DNA of 55,571 bases, filler included, from Bipalium vagum (lineage: Eukaryota): assembly GCA_037834085.1 (NCBI GenBank). It is 3 parts of 3 records of this genome, joined end to end, with 100 filler letters (N's around TTAATTAATTAA, not from the genome) between each part and the next. Parts side by side here need not be neighbours in the genome. Positions count along the whole stretch, not along the records: positions 16,615 to 38,070 come from JBBMKC010237238.1; positions 38,171 to 55,571 come from JBBMKC010067482.1; 1 more part is not named here. One strand, written 5' to 3'. Made by a program: the position numbers and the translations under genes. Positions 35,752-49,900 of this stretch are shown piece after piece. Under the pieces are notes generated by a model. That model saw only the letters and a list, made by a program, of their open reading frames with translations, had not been told where the DNA came from and made no database searches. Numbering within the stretch: the first letter of the stretch is position 1; every line of letters starts with the position of its first letter.

Positions 35752-38070
35752 CATAGAATAGGACAGATACATTGTTCTGGAAAAATAAAGAAGCTATCAA
35801 AAACATCCGGGAATCGCAAATCTTTGTGTGTAACGTTGTAAAAATAACATTCTTAAAATCATATAATAGTATGAGAATAATACGATGATAATAATAATAA
35901 ATAAATAATTTATAATAAATCTAGAAAGAATACTTGGTCCTGGTGAAGTACATTTAGAAAAGAATAAAATACAATGTAAATCAAGAATAATTCGGCGCAA
36001 ATGTATACGTTTCGGTTTCCGCTTCAATATTTCTTCACTCCGCCACGCTATTCAGTCAAAGTTTTCCTTCCTTAAACAAAATCATTGAAAATTAATCATT
36101 TTTTCCTTCTATTCTCCACATTAGTATTAAGCTAATTATTGACTTAATTTGATGAAGAAATATTTTCGTCGAATTCACCTTGGGTAAATGGGAATAAATA
36201 AATTCGGTGAAAATATAACAGTGGCTCTATGCTTTATTCATTAACGAATAATCTTGCTTCGTTCCTGCTTTGAAAGAAAATATAAAGGAAAATTATATAT
36301 TTTAATCCCCTATGCTCTCCTTTTCGTAAAATATCCCATTTTAATTATTTAAAACGAATTTATATAAAAAATTCATAATAAATAAAATATAATTTCATTA
36401 ATAATTTTATTTCTAAAATAAATATTAATCTTTTCACTGAACGAGCTTTGATGAAAATAATTTCCAAGAAAATCTCTGTACAGTTTAAAAATTATTTTTC
36501 AATATATTTTTATGAAAATGAAATCGACTGCAATCTTGAAGGAAGCTGAAGACATTTTATTTGAAGAGCAATTCAACATTAATTAAAAACGGGGATCAGA
36601 AACAAGTTTTACCCACTGAAATATGATAACATTCTTTTTGTATCTAAAATTCCTTTAATATCACATTCTCTTCTCTGACAAAACTCAAGAGATAAGAAGT
36701 TTTTGACAAAATCTTTGTTGAAATAACTTCTATGTGTCTTAAGTTATTTGTTTGAGGATTTATTCTTTTGGCTCTCGAATTCTATCTTTAAAGATCTATA
36801 AATTCTTATAATACTATAAAACTTCCAAAAGTCCAAAGCAATCTTCATTATTATATTATTTATATTTGAAGATGATCATCAAAAAATTTACATTCTGGTG
36901 TTTTCAGATAAATGATGTCTTAACAAAACCTGCAAAAATGTAAAAAAAAATTGTGTGAAATTAATTTATTTCAGTTTAAGTGGAGCCAAAGCTTCCTTGT
37001 ATATCCAAGGCTTCCAAATGAGCATTAATATTTGTTCTGGTTGAATTCAATTTCCTTGGGAACTCGCGAACTGTTGAGAATTACTTAATTCTCATTTACC
37101 TACCACACCAGATGCACTTCGGATGGAAAATTTTCAAGAAATTAATTTATGAAATCAGGCAAGTACATTTTGCTATTGTATCTGTACCAAAAGGTGCACA
37201 TAGTTTCTAAAGAAGTTTTACCTGCTTTCAAGTAATAATATAAGATATTTCGAATTTTGATTGTTTGATTTCGTACAAAATTGATGAAGAAAAATTTTTT
37301 AAAATCTTTTGTAATTTTTATATAATATTAAAATTAACTTTAGTTACAATAAATATATTATTATTATTATTATTATTAGTCATAGTTAAAATACTAAAAA
37401 AACATTTACCGTTTATTACACTCATACATACCATAAAATTCATTAATGTCTTCTGTAAGAAAAACTGACTTTTCGTACAGTCAAATAAATCGCTAAATCA
37501 TATTAGTAATTATTGATTTTGTTAAAAATAATTAAAAATTACTAAAAAAAATAAAAATTAAAAAAATTCTAATACTCATCAATAATTTTTTTTAATAATT
37601 TTCAAATATGTATAAATTTTTTTAATTTGAACATTTTACTTAATTTAGAAAGATCTTCCCCTTGCCAAAAGAATCAAATTAAAAAGAAATTTTATATATT
37701 TTGATGTCTATTGATTTTATTAACATGAGATAAAATAAATTAGGAAAAAATTGAAAATTCAGATCTTTTAATAATGAAAAATCAATCGTAAAACAAAAAC
37801 TTTTAAGAATATCCAATTACAATAAATATTTAAAAGAATTTCTGAACCATTTTCAAAAGAATAAATACAAAATTTATAATGAAAATAAACTATGATTATA
37901 AATTTTGCAACAAATAAATGTATTGTTTCAGAAAAATCCAGATCATAATTTATGATAAACTGACTTTTTGATATAATGATCATTGTTTTTGAAACTTTTG
38001 AGAGTATCATCATACTTGTTAAAGTAAAAAATTAGTGTTATTGTTGATTTTAAATTGCAGTGATAATAAT

Positions 38071-38170
38071 NNNNNNNNNNNNNNNNNNNNNNNNNNNNNN
38101 NNNNNNNNNNNNNNTTAATTAATTAANNNNNNNNNNNNNNNNNNNNNNNNNNNNNNNNNNNNNNNNNNNN
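38071..38170. other. Artificial assembly spacer N44-TTAATTAATTAA-N44
   Basis: Same 100-nt construct as 16515-16614. Confidence 0.97.

Positions 38171-38238
<68 letters not shown>
38171..38238. repeat. (TTA)n microsatellite at contig end
   Basis: About 22 perfect TTA units. Confidence 0.95.
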
Positions 38239-38239
<1 letters not shown>

Positions 38240-38263
38240 GAATTTCTAAACAAATGCTCAAAC

Positions 38264-40857
38264 CTTTGCCATTTCACGAATAATATGTGAAAAATTGTCG
38301 CTCTCTAGGCAGGAAATCGATATGGAATCTGGAGAAGGTGATGGGTTTGTAGAGACTATCACACATTTTAAGCTGGGGTAGTCTTTGATAACTGTCCCTA
38401 TATTGGAGTCCGAGGCATGATTGTCTATTTTCTCCTTCGTTATTTTGTCCATTAATATTTTACAACGATCTGGTCGGAAGATGCGTAAAAGTATCAATTT
38501 TGTGAAATCGTTCATGTGAGGTACTGAGAACATTTCATTATCAGATCCCTGTTCAGCCGGGAACAACGGTACTTGAGCACAGTTCTCGACGTCTTCCGAA
38601 TCGTACCTTTCCGTCAAAATAAATTAAAAGCTTCCACAGTCATAATAGTCGAACCATGATTTCCACTTGTCACTATTCTCCACAACTTTGACACAAAGCC
38701 CTTCTAACGGTCCCGGTAAAATTGAGGCGGCCAGGACGTCTTTCCACGTACCGTCGGGAATCCAATCAGGAACTTCACCAGAACAGTCAAAATCAGATAA
38801 GGACAACTTAATTTCAGGCTTTAGACATCCTTAACGACAGAGCGGTCATTTACCGATTTCATTAACCTATATTACCATGGATGAAAAATTCCAACTCCAT
38901 CGGACTTGGTGCATTGACGGGATCCTCTGACAGCCAGAGACAGTAGATAAATCGGTAGACCAAGAAGTCCTCATCAGACAAGCACCTGTCAGAAGTGCGA
39001 TTAAGGTTGGGTAATATTAGGAATAATAGTAAATAGAGCAACCAAAAATGTGTCTTAAAAATCATTAGTTGCACAGCTGCACATGTCATATGGTAAAAAG
39101 GCTTTTAAAATACGCTGACCATTTTTCAAAAAGAGAGAAAACCCAAAAAAATAAACAACCAATAAATTGTATTCAGAACATTGAAAATGTTTGTTACAAT
39201 GAATTATAAAAGCACCAATCAGATTTTCACATGGAAAACTTTCCCCATTGCACTTAAGTAAATTTTTAAACATCGGAAAACTTCTTTCAACGTCAGCCGT
39301 TGTTAAGGGAGGATATCTAAGGGAGTATATCAAAAGTGCATTACTTGTGTGTTTTGTAAGTACTAAATGGCTTGTAAATTTGTCTCCAGGAACGTAACTG
39401 TAGACAACGTAAAATGACTTCTTTGTGGAAAATTGTTACAGAAGACCAGAAATGGATCCATTATGAAAATCAAAAATTTCAAAGGAAGTCATGCATAAGC
39501 CCTTGGAAACCATCAAAATAAGTCGCAAAGCCCAATCGTTCTGACCGTTATGTAGTGCTCTGTATCTGGTGGGACATAAAGGAAGTACTGTATAACGAGC
39601 TATTGGAAGCTGGTGAAACAGTTACTGACGATCTCTATCAAGACCAATTATTCAAATTGAGTCAAAATCTTCAGTTGAAGTGTCCGATGTCCGGCGTTAG
39701 GAAATTGCTTCTAATACCAAGGACTCCATAATGACACTTTGTTGGGAAATTATGGAGCACTCGGCCTATTCACCAGACACTGCCCCAACTATTTTTCATT
39801 TATTCCGTTCAGTAAGAACATCTTTTGTGACACAGACTTCAAATCCTTGGATGCAATCCGAAAATGACTTGACGATTTTATCCCGTCCAAGCAGCCAGAA
39901 TCTTTTTGAGACGGAATTCATCAATTCTGTCTGGAAGATGGCTTAAGGTGATCAATGACAATGGTGAACACTGACGGAAATTTTTAATGTCGCGTTTTTT
40001 ATATAAATTTTGAAGTTGGGTTTAAAATTGAGATTATAAAAAACACTTTATTCAGTAGAACACTTTGTGACCATCTTCTTTCACCAGACCCATAACTACC
40101 TAAATTATTTGGAGGGGTTTTCACGATTTCGGTCAGGCTTGAAGAGGTCAAAACGGCTCTTAATTTTGATTAAGACACTTACCTTTTTAAAGTTAAAGTT
40201 TTTAAGACTAAATAACAAAAAAAGATATAAAAAAATAATAATAATAAATTACATTTTCAAACGATTTAGAACTTCAGACTGAAACCTCTCGACGAGATCT
40301 TTGAAGTGCTTCTCGGACATCGATTTTAACTTCAGGTCGATTTCCTCAGAGTGGTCTTGAGGATTGTCCATATCGATTTCCGCTGTTACCATTTGAATGA
40401 GCTTCACCTGTCTGTTCTGCTCGATTTGGTCTTGGTTAATGTTAGTGACATTGTCTTCAGCAGATGATTGGACCTGTCTAAGCTCTTTATTCGGTCTGCC
40501 TCCTTCTCCTTCTGTGCCTTCTTTTGCCTGTCTTCCTTTTGTACCAGCAATTCCCCTTCGTTCCATATAGAACTGAAGACTCTTCAGCTTGAAAAGGTCC
40601 TTCATCGGCCGGACTCCTGTGATATTTTGAGCTAGACATTCTTTCTCTTCGTTGTCGATTGATATTAAAAGTTGCGCAATAAATTCTTGGTCGTCTGAAT
40701 TATTGATTGGGAAAGTCAAATATTGTAGGTTACAGTCAAAGGGGTTTGCAAACCTTCTTCGTTGGGCTCTACGTTCGGAATTTCATCCTTCGCCGACCAT
40801 TTCAGAATTCTTTCTTCATCTGCGTATAATAAATTGATTTTTGCGGTGAATGAAAAA

Positions 40858-40906
<49 letters not shown>

Positions 40907-43900
40907 CATTTGAATGTTTTTGACATTCATCTTCGGATCTTTGTCCAAGATGGAGGTTTTGCTTGTCTTGTCAAGTTCCTGGACTGCACCCAAAGAGCGT
41001 TGGAACTCTAGGTCGCTTATTCCACTCATAATCTTGTCGAAAATCTCCAGGAAGACGGAAGGAGTAAATAAGATATTCGAGTTCACGGACTGCATATTCA
41101 TGATACACCTGACGAAAGTATTTCATTTACGGAAATCAGAGCACCGAGAAACTCACTGAACCATGACTTCGATTTTCGATATTTGCTTTTTGATTCTGGA
41201 CCTTTCACCATGGAGTCTTTCGAGAACTTGTTCATAGTGCCTAATGCTTTGCCTCACTTTTTCCAGTCCACCAACAATCGATCTCAGTAGTCCTATGTCG
41301 TCTTCGTTCCACAGTTTGCATAACGTTTTCTGGGCAGCCCTTTTCCGCTTCATTGATTCCAATTCTCGGGTAAGAATTCGTAAATAAACTCTGTTCTTTG
41401 CATCTCTCTTTGCCCGAGACTGGATCCTGATCAAGAAATATTTTTCAAACGATTCATGAAAATGAAGCGCTTCAAAAAATCCAAGGTAGTTTTGTCTGTC
41501 TCTCAGAGTCTCTCTCACCCTGTCGTTACAATTTTATTAAAGGACGCTCAAAGATTTCTCATATCAAGTGAGGAAAAATGTGGGCAGGGTAACTGTATCG
41601 GACAGTGGTAACCGAGTTGGAAGGATAGACTACATCAAAGCTTACTCGAAGCTGGAATCAAAGAAAGTGATACTTTCAGTATGACGAGACAAGCAAGTAT
41701 GACGTGAACTGGTAGCTAAGAACTAAATCATTAAGTCACAGGGTTCCTGAGATCAAAAGAACAAATTAAGAGACTGTATGAACTTGAAGAGGCCATCATC
41801 ACAAATGGAAAAGGAGTGATTTATCACCATGACCACACCACCTCTCACAGAACTTTGGTGACAGGGTCACAGTCGGGAGAATTAGGTAATTCGGATTTTT
41901 ATTTCTCTCACTGCAACATTGTTTGGCTCGCGGAATGTTCGATTGCAATGAAGATAACGAAATGAAGGTATTCACATGAACTAGTGAAGAATAAGAAGCT
42001 CCAGGTTGATGGAACCTTCGGATGGCACCATGTGATGGATCAAAGAAGGCGAGACATTGTTGATTGAAAATATTTCCAATAATATTGATCTTGGTTCTTG
42101 TTGAAATAAACTCATAATATTATTTATTTATATTTTATAAATATTATTTATATTGATTTTTACATTATTAAATAATATTGTCAACGGTCCACCACAATAT
42201 ATGGAGAAGTCCTGAAAAATGATGATCAAAGAACCATTGTAATGATAAAGAAATAAGGTCAAATATATAAATAATAAAAAAATATTATTTATTTTTTCTA
42301 AAGAATTCATTTTGATATTGATAAAAACAAAAGGGTCGACCTACTTGGAAAAGTTATCCCCAATATTCCTCCAACATTTTCCAACCATGAAATCCAATAT
42401 TCGACCTTCCGTCATCTTCCAGTTCAGGACGTTGGTCTGGCAATACAGTTCCCGATCAAGCTGAGGAGAAACATTGTGAGCGAGGAGGATAGGTCTGAAC
42501 CCTTCTCCCACGGAAAGACGTCGATTTGCAATGTTCAAGGCTAGAGTATCTAATAGCACAATCAATGTCAAGATCTTGCAGCAACGTCCTCCTTACCGAT
42601 TTCGTGATTTTCAATGGACTTTGACGATATGTATTGTATGAGACACTCGACGAACAGGTCGGCCCTCGCCTGGTTCATTAGAATGGCCGTGTGGCAACCA
42701 TTGGAAATTGCCTCTTCAAGACGATTCATCATCATTGAGGATGTTCTGAATGTTGATAAGAAATGGTTAATTTCGAAGATGAGAATGAAGCATTTCGTGA
42801 CATTGATGGAAATTATCAGAAAGTAAAGAAATCAAAGAAAAATTTATGTTAAGGGTGGTTGAAGTGAAAGTTCAACATGAAAGAATTGAGCAGGTGGTAA
42901 TCAGATTTGCCATAGAATCCTATTTGAAAAGAAGTGTGGCTACTGAAATGTATTTTCAACGTTAAAGCTGGTCTGAAGGTGAAAGCTTAAGATCCAGAAA
43001 TTTATGGTTTTGATGAGTGCCTGGTGGTATTATCTCAGAGAATTAGACAATTCACAACAAGTCTGGTAAAGTATAGAATATAAAGTATATTCAAGTAGAG
43101 AATGAACCAATCTGATCATCTTTTAAGAGTAGGCAGACTGGAACGAAATCCAGGTGGAAAAACAGTGACTACAATACCAGAACGTGACATTATCATGGTG
43201 GAAACTGGCATCGTTATAAAAATAAATTTTCGCTTAATGATGGTATATTACTTTGAAAAGGTCTAAGAATAAGTCCTTTGGAAAATATAAGAGAATCTCA
43301 GAGAAAAATCTATAATGCACACTGATTTGGTGCCTTATCAAACCCCAGATGCTAAATATGGTTTGTAACATTCAGATGCAGAAATTTCGATATAAAGACA
43401 CCTCCGCATTGATCTGAAAGTTTGGTATAATTCAGGTCATTCATCCCACAAAAAATGAGGACAACACTAAATATATCCCAGTACAAAATGTTCTGAGACC
43501 TCTAGGGTTTGTTTTTCTTTTCCGTGTTTGAGTTAAAAGGAGTCAATTTGGTAACACTTATTTAATTATGTTTTTCGAACGACAAAATAATCATCATCAA
43601 ATCGTACATTATTGTCCATGTTCATTAGATCAGATTTGTTAATCATTAAAGGCAGGATTACATTCCAAGAAGATCACGCTTTCAGTCTGATAGAATTTTA
43701 AACTGTCATCTGTTATGAGCTATTACTATCTGACCAAAAACGATTTATTCCGGTGTGCACCTCTCATAATTAACCAATTTGAACAATGTAATACAGGAAA
43801 AACGTCCGAAATATAGAATCCGAAAGAGCATTATCTAATAACACGATAATACGTCTCTATGATAAAAGTAACGTAAATTCCGAACACTGTCATGAAAAAT

Positions 43901-46900
43901 TTTTCTCTTACTGATATTATTTGGTTTAGTGATACTAAAAAAAGAAAGATAAAAAGTTTTTAACCAATAGCATTATTCATCTTACATAATACTTTTGACT
44001 TCCTCCGCTTTGTCTTATTTATTCTTAAATAATTACTACTAATACATTGGATCAACAATTCGATCGATTCGTCAACTATTTATATTTATTTAATTGATTA
44101 TTTGACTTTCATTTAAAATTATTTATTGTTAACCCTGATCGAATCATTAAATTGATTAATTGATTGTTATTTTGTTGATCTTTTCTTTTGATTATGTTGG
44201 TTTAGAACATTTGGTCGTATTTTGATTTTGATTGTGTACATTAAATAAAGATTTGTGATTATTTTGATCGAATTACTTTCGGACACGTTATTAACTAAAG
44301 TGAAGGAAACAGTAAAATCCCGAGCTTAGTATTGCGCAGTTTTCATAATTGTAAAAACGTATCAAAACAAAGGCTTTTTGTTTTTATTAGGGATGGTTCA
44401 AATTTTAACTTGAAGAGGTTCAAAGAGGAAAAAACATTTTAGAAATGGTCGAATTAACCTTTATATAATATTAAAATGTTTGAAATGTATCATTATTAAA
44501 AATGAAAGGGATCACTTACAAAAGAGTGGTATTTATAACTTGGAGGACATCATTTTTAGTTGGATCTATTTCTTCTGACAAAAACTTGCCAAAACGTTTC
44601 CCGTGATCCAAATAATAATTTTCCATGTAACCCGTAGGGTCGACGATTACAGTGAATCGATCTTGGTTGCCCGCCAACAAAATAAGTTCTTGTAAAAAGG
44701 AATTTGGAAAATCTAAATTTAAAAACGTTCTCCCTCAATGTAATTTTCGTAAAATTTCATCACCTTCTTCAAGTTCCACTTCGATATCTTCACAATAGTT
44801 CTTCATGTTAAAAACTGTTTTCCCAATGGCCTTGATCAATTTGTAGTACTGATCTTCTGATAATGGCTTAGGGTACTGGAAAGTATCTGTGATCTCAGAC
44901 GTCTTAGATTCAGATTCCCAGTTCAGATCACTACCAATCTTTTCTTCTACAAGATGCACGACAATCACGTGAAAATAAATAATTAATTAATTTAAAAATT
45001 GAACTACCAAGTTGAGGAGTTTTCTGATTCGAAAATGGGTACTCAAATAATACTTTCAAGCCTAGGAAAAAAACAATATATATTATTTTCAATCATATAA
45101 CTTTTTTTTATTTATTTTTGTTTACTAATATTTTAATCCCGGTTTATTCCGCAGCCCATCGTCAGGACTAGCAGTATGCCTTCCAGCATGTTTAGGCCAG
45201 GTTTAAAATCAATATTTTTATTTCAATAGAAATTTTTAAGTAACAGTTGAGAAATGATCTTTCAAAGATTTTATTTGAAGGATTTACTTCAAAATATATA
45301 AAAATAGAATATAAAAATAATTATATAATAATGATTATAATATATATAATAATAGTAAACAAAATAATTAAAAACATAAAATAATATTTTTAATATTATT
45401 ATTATTAAATCTCCTATTTTTGAAGAAACTTTTGGATAGACTTTTCTCTGTTTATACCGAAATGGGATTAATTAGGAAATTCATTAATGGAACAGATTGT
45501 CATTAATGGCATAGTGGGCTTAAGGAGTGATTTTCCTGACCAGAGTTGAAAACTGCGAAGCTGCACTAAGGGGAAGTACGTTTGCCGAAAACATAGGCTG
45601 CCTATTATGTTTGGATTAAAGAAATCTCTGGAAGAATCCCTATTGGATGTTGTATGTCATAAATACGGACTTCCAGAGATGATAGTCAGAAATAAGAAAA
45701 AGCCATTGACAAACACTGTGCACAATTAGGAGAAGTGTTGACTATTAGTTGTTAAGACGTTTTCTGACTTAGTGTCGAAAGTTTTGTGATTTTGTGTTTT
45801 CGTTTTAAAAAGCTTAGTTTTATAATTAATTTTATTTAACCCATAGGGTTACAGTAAACCTCACAATAATAAAATAAGGGATTTAGATTGAATGGAGTCA
45901 GTCAACATAAAAATGTTAACAAAAAAAATTAACGAAATAATATAATAAGATTATAATAATAAAACTATTTTATAATTTCAAAATAATATCTAATGCATAT
46001 TAAAAAGGAATGATGCACATTTCAGATATATCCATTTAAATAAAATTGATTAATTAAAACAATTGATTAATATTACTTCAGCTTACAAAGATAAATTTAA
46101 ACAGAAGAAATATATTAATTACCAACACTAAAAACTGAATGGTAAAATATTAAGCCAATGTCAAATAATCAGCCATAAAAGTTGGCAATTTTATCAACAA
46201 CCTAAAAATAAAATATTTTCTAATGACAGTTTTAAAATATTTTTTAATTCTTAAAAATTCAATTCCTTAACCTTAGCACAAAATGGTTTTGCTTTATGTT
46301 ATGGATAAGCTGGAGATCTTGACTATTTTATAAGTTGCACAACATTTTACGTGAGACCTTAGTTGAATGAAAATAGAACGAAAAAGTCCCACCTTGAACA
46401 TTGTCGACATTATCAAATGTTAAAGCCAAGGTTCTTTCTTGGACACACCGAGGCCAATAATTTGTCACAATGGTCTGCCTGGAAGGTACATCAAAGTAAC
46501 CCAAATAGGTAACAAATCCGGCGGCTATTGCACAACTTCCAATAACGTTGGCTTTTCTTTCCTTGTAACATGATTTTATAATTGAAGACTTTTGTCTCGA
46601 ATCTTCCAATAAATCAATCAAGCTCCTAGAGGCCAAAAACATTTCCGTCACTTTCGCATTTTTGATTTCCTGTGGCACGAAAGTTATGAAGAATGATAAA
46701 TTTAAGATATCAGAAAATTTAATAATAAAAATATTATTATTATCGCAATGAGATGAAACGAAGAAGACCATTAGCAAAACAAACCTGGTTATATCTGTCC
46801 AGAGTGGCCTGCTCATAACTTTTCGACAAATCATCCAATCTGTAATTGAGACTCTTTCGCTTTTCATCCAAAATCTTGGTTCGAAATTCAGTTTCAGAAA

Positions 46901-49900
46901 CACTTTTGGTGGTCTCCTCTAATTTGTGATGCAAAGGTTTCACTTTAGTCTTGATTATGACATAATACTGGGTTACATGGTGGGCCCATCTGCACAAATC
47001 TGCACAACAGGTTATTCCGCAAACTTTCATCATTTGATCTGGTTGCATCGTAACGCTTCTCAATCTTGGTTCCAACAGATTGAGAGATTCATCACTTATT
47101 GTCCTTTCATCAAATGTCAGCAAATCCACAATGAATCTGGACAGTCAAAAAGGATAAATTAACAAAATATTGAACAAGTAAATGTTCTCTCAAATGCTCC
47201 ATGTTACACGAGAAAATAATTTAAATAAATAAAGGTGTTCAGTACTTCGGAAAAAAGGTTAGTTAGACTTAATAAAGCCTAGGATTTAATTAACCAAAAC
47301 GAATTTTAATATTTTTATCTCGAACATTGGAATAAGAAGTCGTTTTTTAGACTTGCTTTAATCAATGAAAAAGAAAGGTTAAAAATTTTAAAAATGAGAA
47401 ATAAGATATTTAATTCAATTACTGGAAAAAGTTATCTAGAAATCTCAGGGTACGGATTTTGATTACGAATATTTTTTCAAGGAAAAAAAATCATCAATGA
47501 GAATTAAAATGCGTACAATCAAGTTATAAAGCAGAAATATTTTTAAAAATAAAATCAACCAATGAGAATTGAGATAAGTACAATTATGAAAAAAAATCAG
47601 TTGTGACTAAGTTAAAAGTTGAAAATCTTGTCTGACATTCTAAATATTCAGAAATTGTGAAAAATCTGTTTATGGGTGTGAAATAAGTAAGATTTAACTT
47701 TGAAATCTAGAGTGGGAACAGGAAATTGTGAAAGCGTCTTTTGCAGAAAAATAACCACATTTGGCAAACGAAATAAGGTTCAATAATAAAAGTCTTCAAT
47801 AAGTCTTCAATAAATAAGAAGACAGTCACATGTTGTGAGACTGATGAGGAAGACTGAGTGGGATTCACTTTTACACTCTATTCATTTTTCGGAGGTACGG
47901 ACCCGTTGGAAACATCCCAGGCTTTACTTCTATCCAATCATAGAGGTTCAAAAGACGGAATTATGAAGTAATCTCCGAAAAGGAAAAAAACTATCGAAAA
48001 TATGACCAATAAGACGATGGACAAAGGTCTGATTGTATAATGCAAAGTATTGATTCTTCATTTTGTATCAAGTTAAAATCACTATCATAAGGTAATCCAT
48101 TCTGTGTGAACCATGTCCATAAACGATGAACATTTCGAAACGACTAAAGTCAGTGATATTTAAGAAAAAGGAAAATGGTTTGTACGTTGAAAATGTTTGT
48201 TAAAAGATTAAAATAAGAAAAAAAATTTAAAAATACAAAATAAATAAGTAAAAATAAAACGATAAAATTAAATAAATAAAAATAAAAATTATGTTAAAGA
48301 TGAAGTTTAGAAAAACAATAAAAATTAAAAATTAAATGCAAACAAAAAAGGAAAACATAAATAATACAAATAAATAAATAAATAAGTTTAAAAAAATCAT
48401 GTCAAATGTAAAAAGGTCAGATAATAATAAATATTATTAGGTTGTAAAGAAATAAATGGCGGTTTTACACCGAACTTCAAATGAATAACTCAGACCATCG
48501 CACAGTTCACATTTCTCCCAATTAGCCACAAGCTTATTTATTCCGATCGATAAAAATTTGAATTTCTAGATGTTACGAAATCTTCTAAGGCTTTAATGAT
48601 AAGTATCACGATTGCCGAAGATTCCATCCCTGAAGAACTTATCCAGATTTGGAAGAAATAATAATTAGTATGTGAGAGATCTAGTGAGTAGGCTGGGTGG
48701 ACAGAATTTTAATGTCAAGCTGGTTCAATTTTTGTACGGTAAATTGAGCGGCGTGTAGTCTGGTATTCACATGGATAAGCAATAAGCCTTTTCTATTGAC
48801 CAAGGCTGGGTAGACTTCAGTTTTTGAAACATTTCTTCAATTTCCAAAAACGACTTTTGGACGGTAATTGTTTGATCACATTTCAAAAATTTATTATGGA
48901 TCAAATAAGCGGTTCACCACCAAACAGTTACCAAAAAACAGTTACCTTTGGTGTAACTTATGTCTATGAAAAGTTTTAGGAGGTTCATGTCTATCTAAGC
49001 ACTACTGAGTACTACAGGAACCACTTCTCATCACATGTCAAAATGTGATCGAGAAAAGGTTTCTTTTTGTGGCGCCAAAGAAGTGCTGACGATAACTTAA
49101 AATGACATACTTTTTCCTTTTTTGTCAAATCGTGTGGAACCCATTTGTGGAGTTTCTTTGACTTTCATATTTCTCGCAGATGGTTGGAAACAATCATAGC
49201 TGAAACACCTAGCACATAGCTTAACTGTCGAACAGTTGTACGCAGATCCGTCTCGACCATTGTCTTCAAATCGTCACTTTAGTTCACGACCATCTTTATT
49301 TTGAATATCTTCATCTTCATTATTAAATCTCAGAAACCAGTGTTGAGTGCTACGTTCACTAGTGGTACCTTCTCCGAATACGAGGTTCAGATTTTGGGCG
49401 GCTTGTTCAGAATTACCACCCATTTTGTATTCATAAAGGAACACTGCTCTAATTTAGATGTCGTTCATCTCGTTCTCAAATGCCTAAAAAATGTTAGATA
49501 ATTTTTCTCAATTAAAAGTTTTATTGACTTTTACCTTTTTAAAAGGTTTCGCCTTACGATATAAACAAATTTACATTATTAAAACAAAATGTCATTCAAC
49601 AATTCAAAATGCAAAGTGACTTCAAAAGCCGCCAGCAATTTCTTTACAACCTATTAGAAAAAAAAACGGATAAAAAAGAAAACGAATCAAACCTTTCTAA
49701 ATTTGCCAATAGCCGCTTGGTCCCCGTATTCCAGGTTCGGTCCGAAGAAGCTGACTTGACTGATAAAAACATTTAAATTGAAATCTCAACAATAAATCAG
49801 CTGTACTGATGATGATCACAGCTTCCATCAGTTCCACAACCTCGATCGGAGGGTTTTGAAGTGATCTCAACGACGTGAGACTGTCGATGTCGATACTTTT

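Noticed and set aside
33624-38013. Numerous 60-80-aa F/I/L/K/N-rich ORFs, and a possible continuation of dynein left of the gap
   Set aside because: Their composition mirrors AT-rich non-coding DNA and microsatellites. No dynein AAA6 motifs were found.
43711-45853. Further solo LTRs (about 43711-44295 and 45449-45853)
   Set aside because: Only TG..CA-like ends and AATAAA/T-rich tails; no target-site duplication or convincing homology, so not called.
46270-46325. Extra dynein exon candidate
   Set aside because: It has AG/GT ends, but its only open frame is incompatible with the phases of the neighbouring exons.
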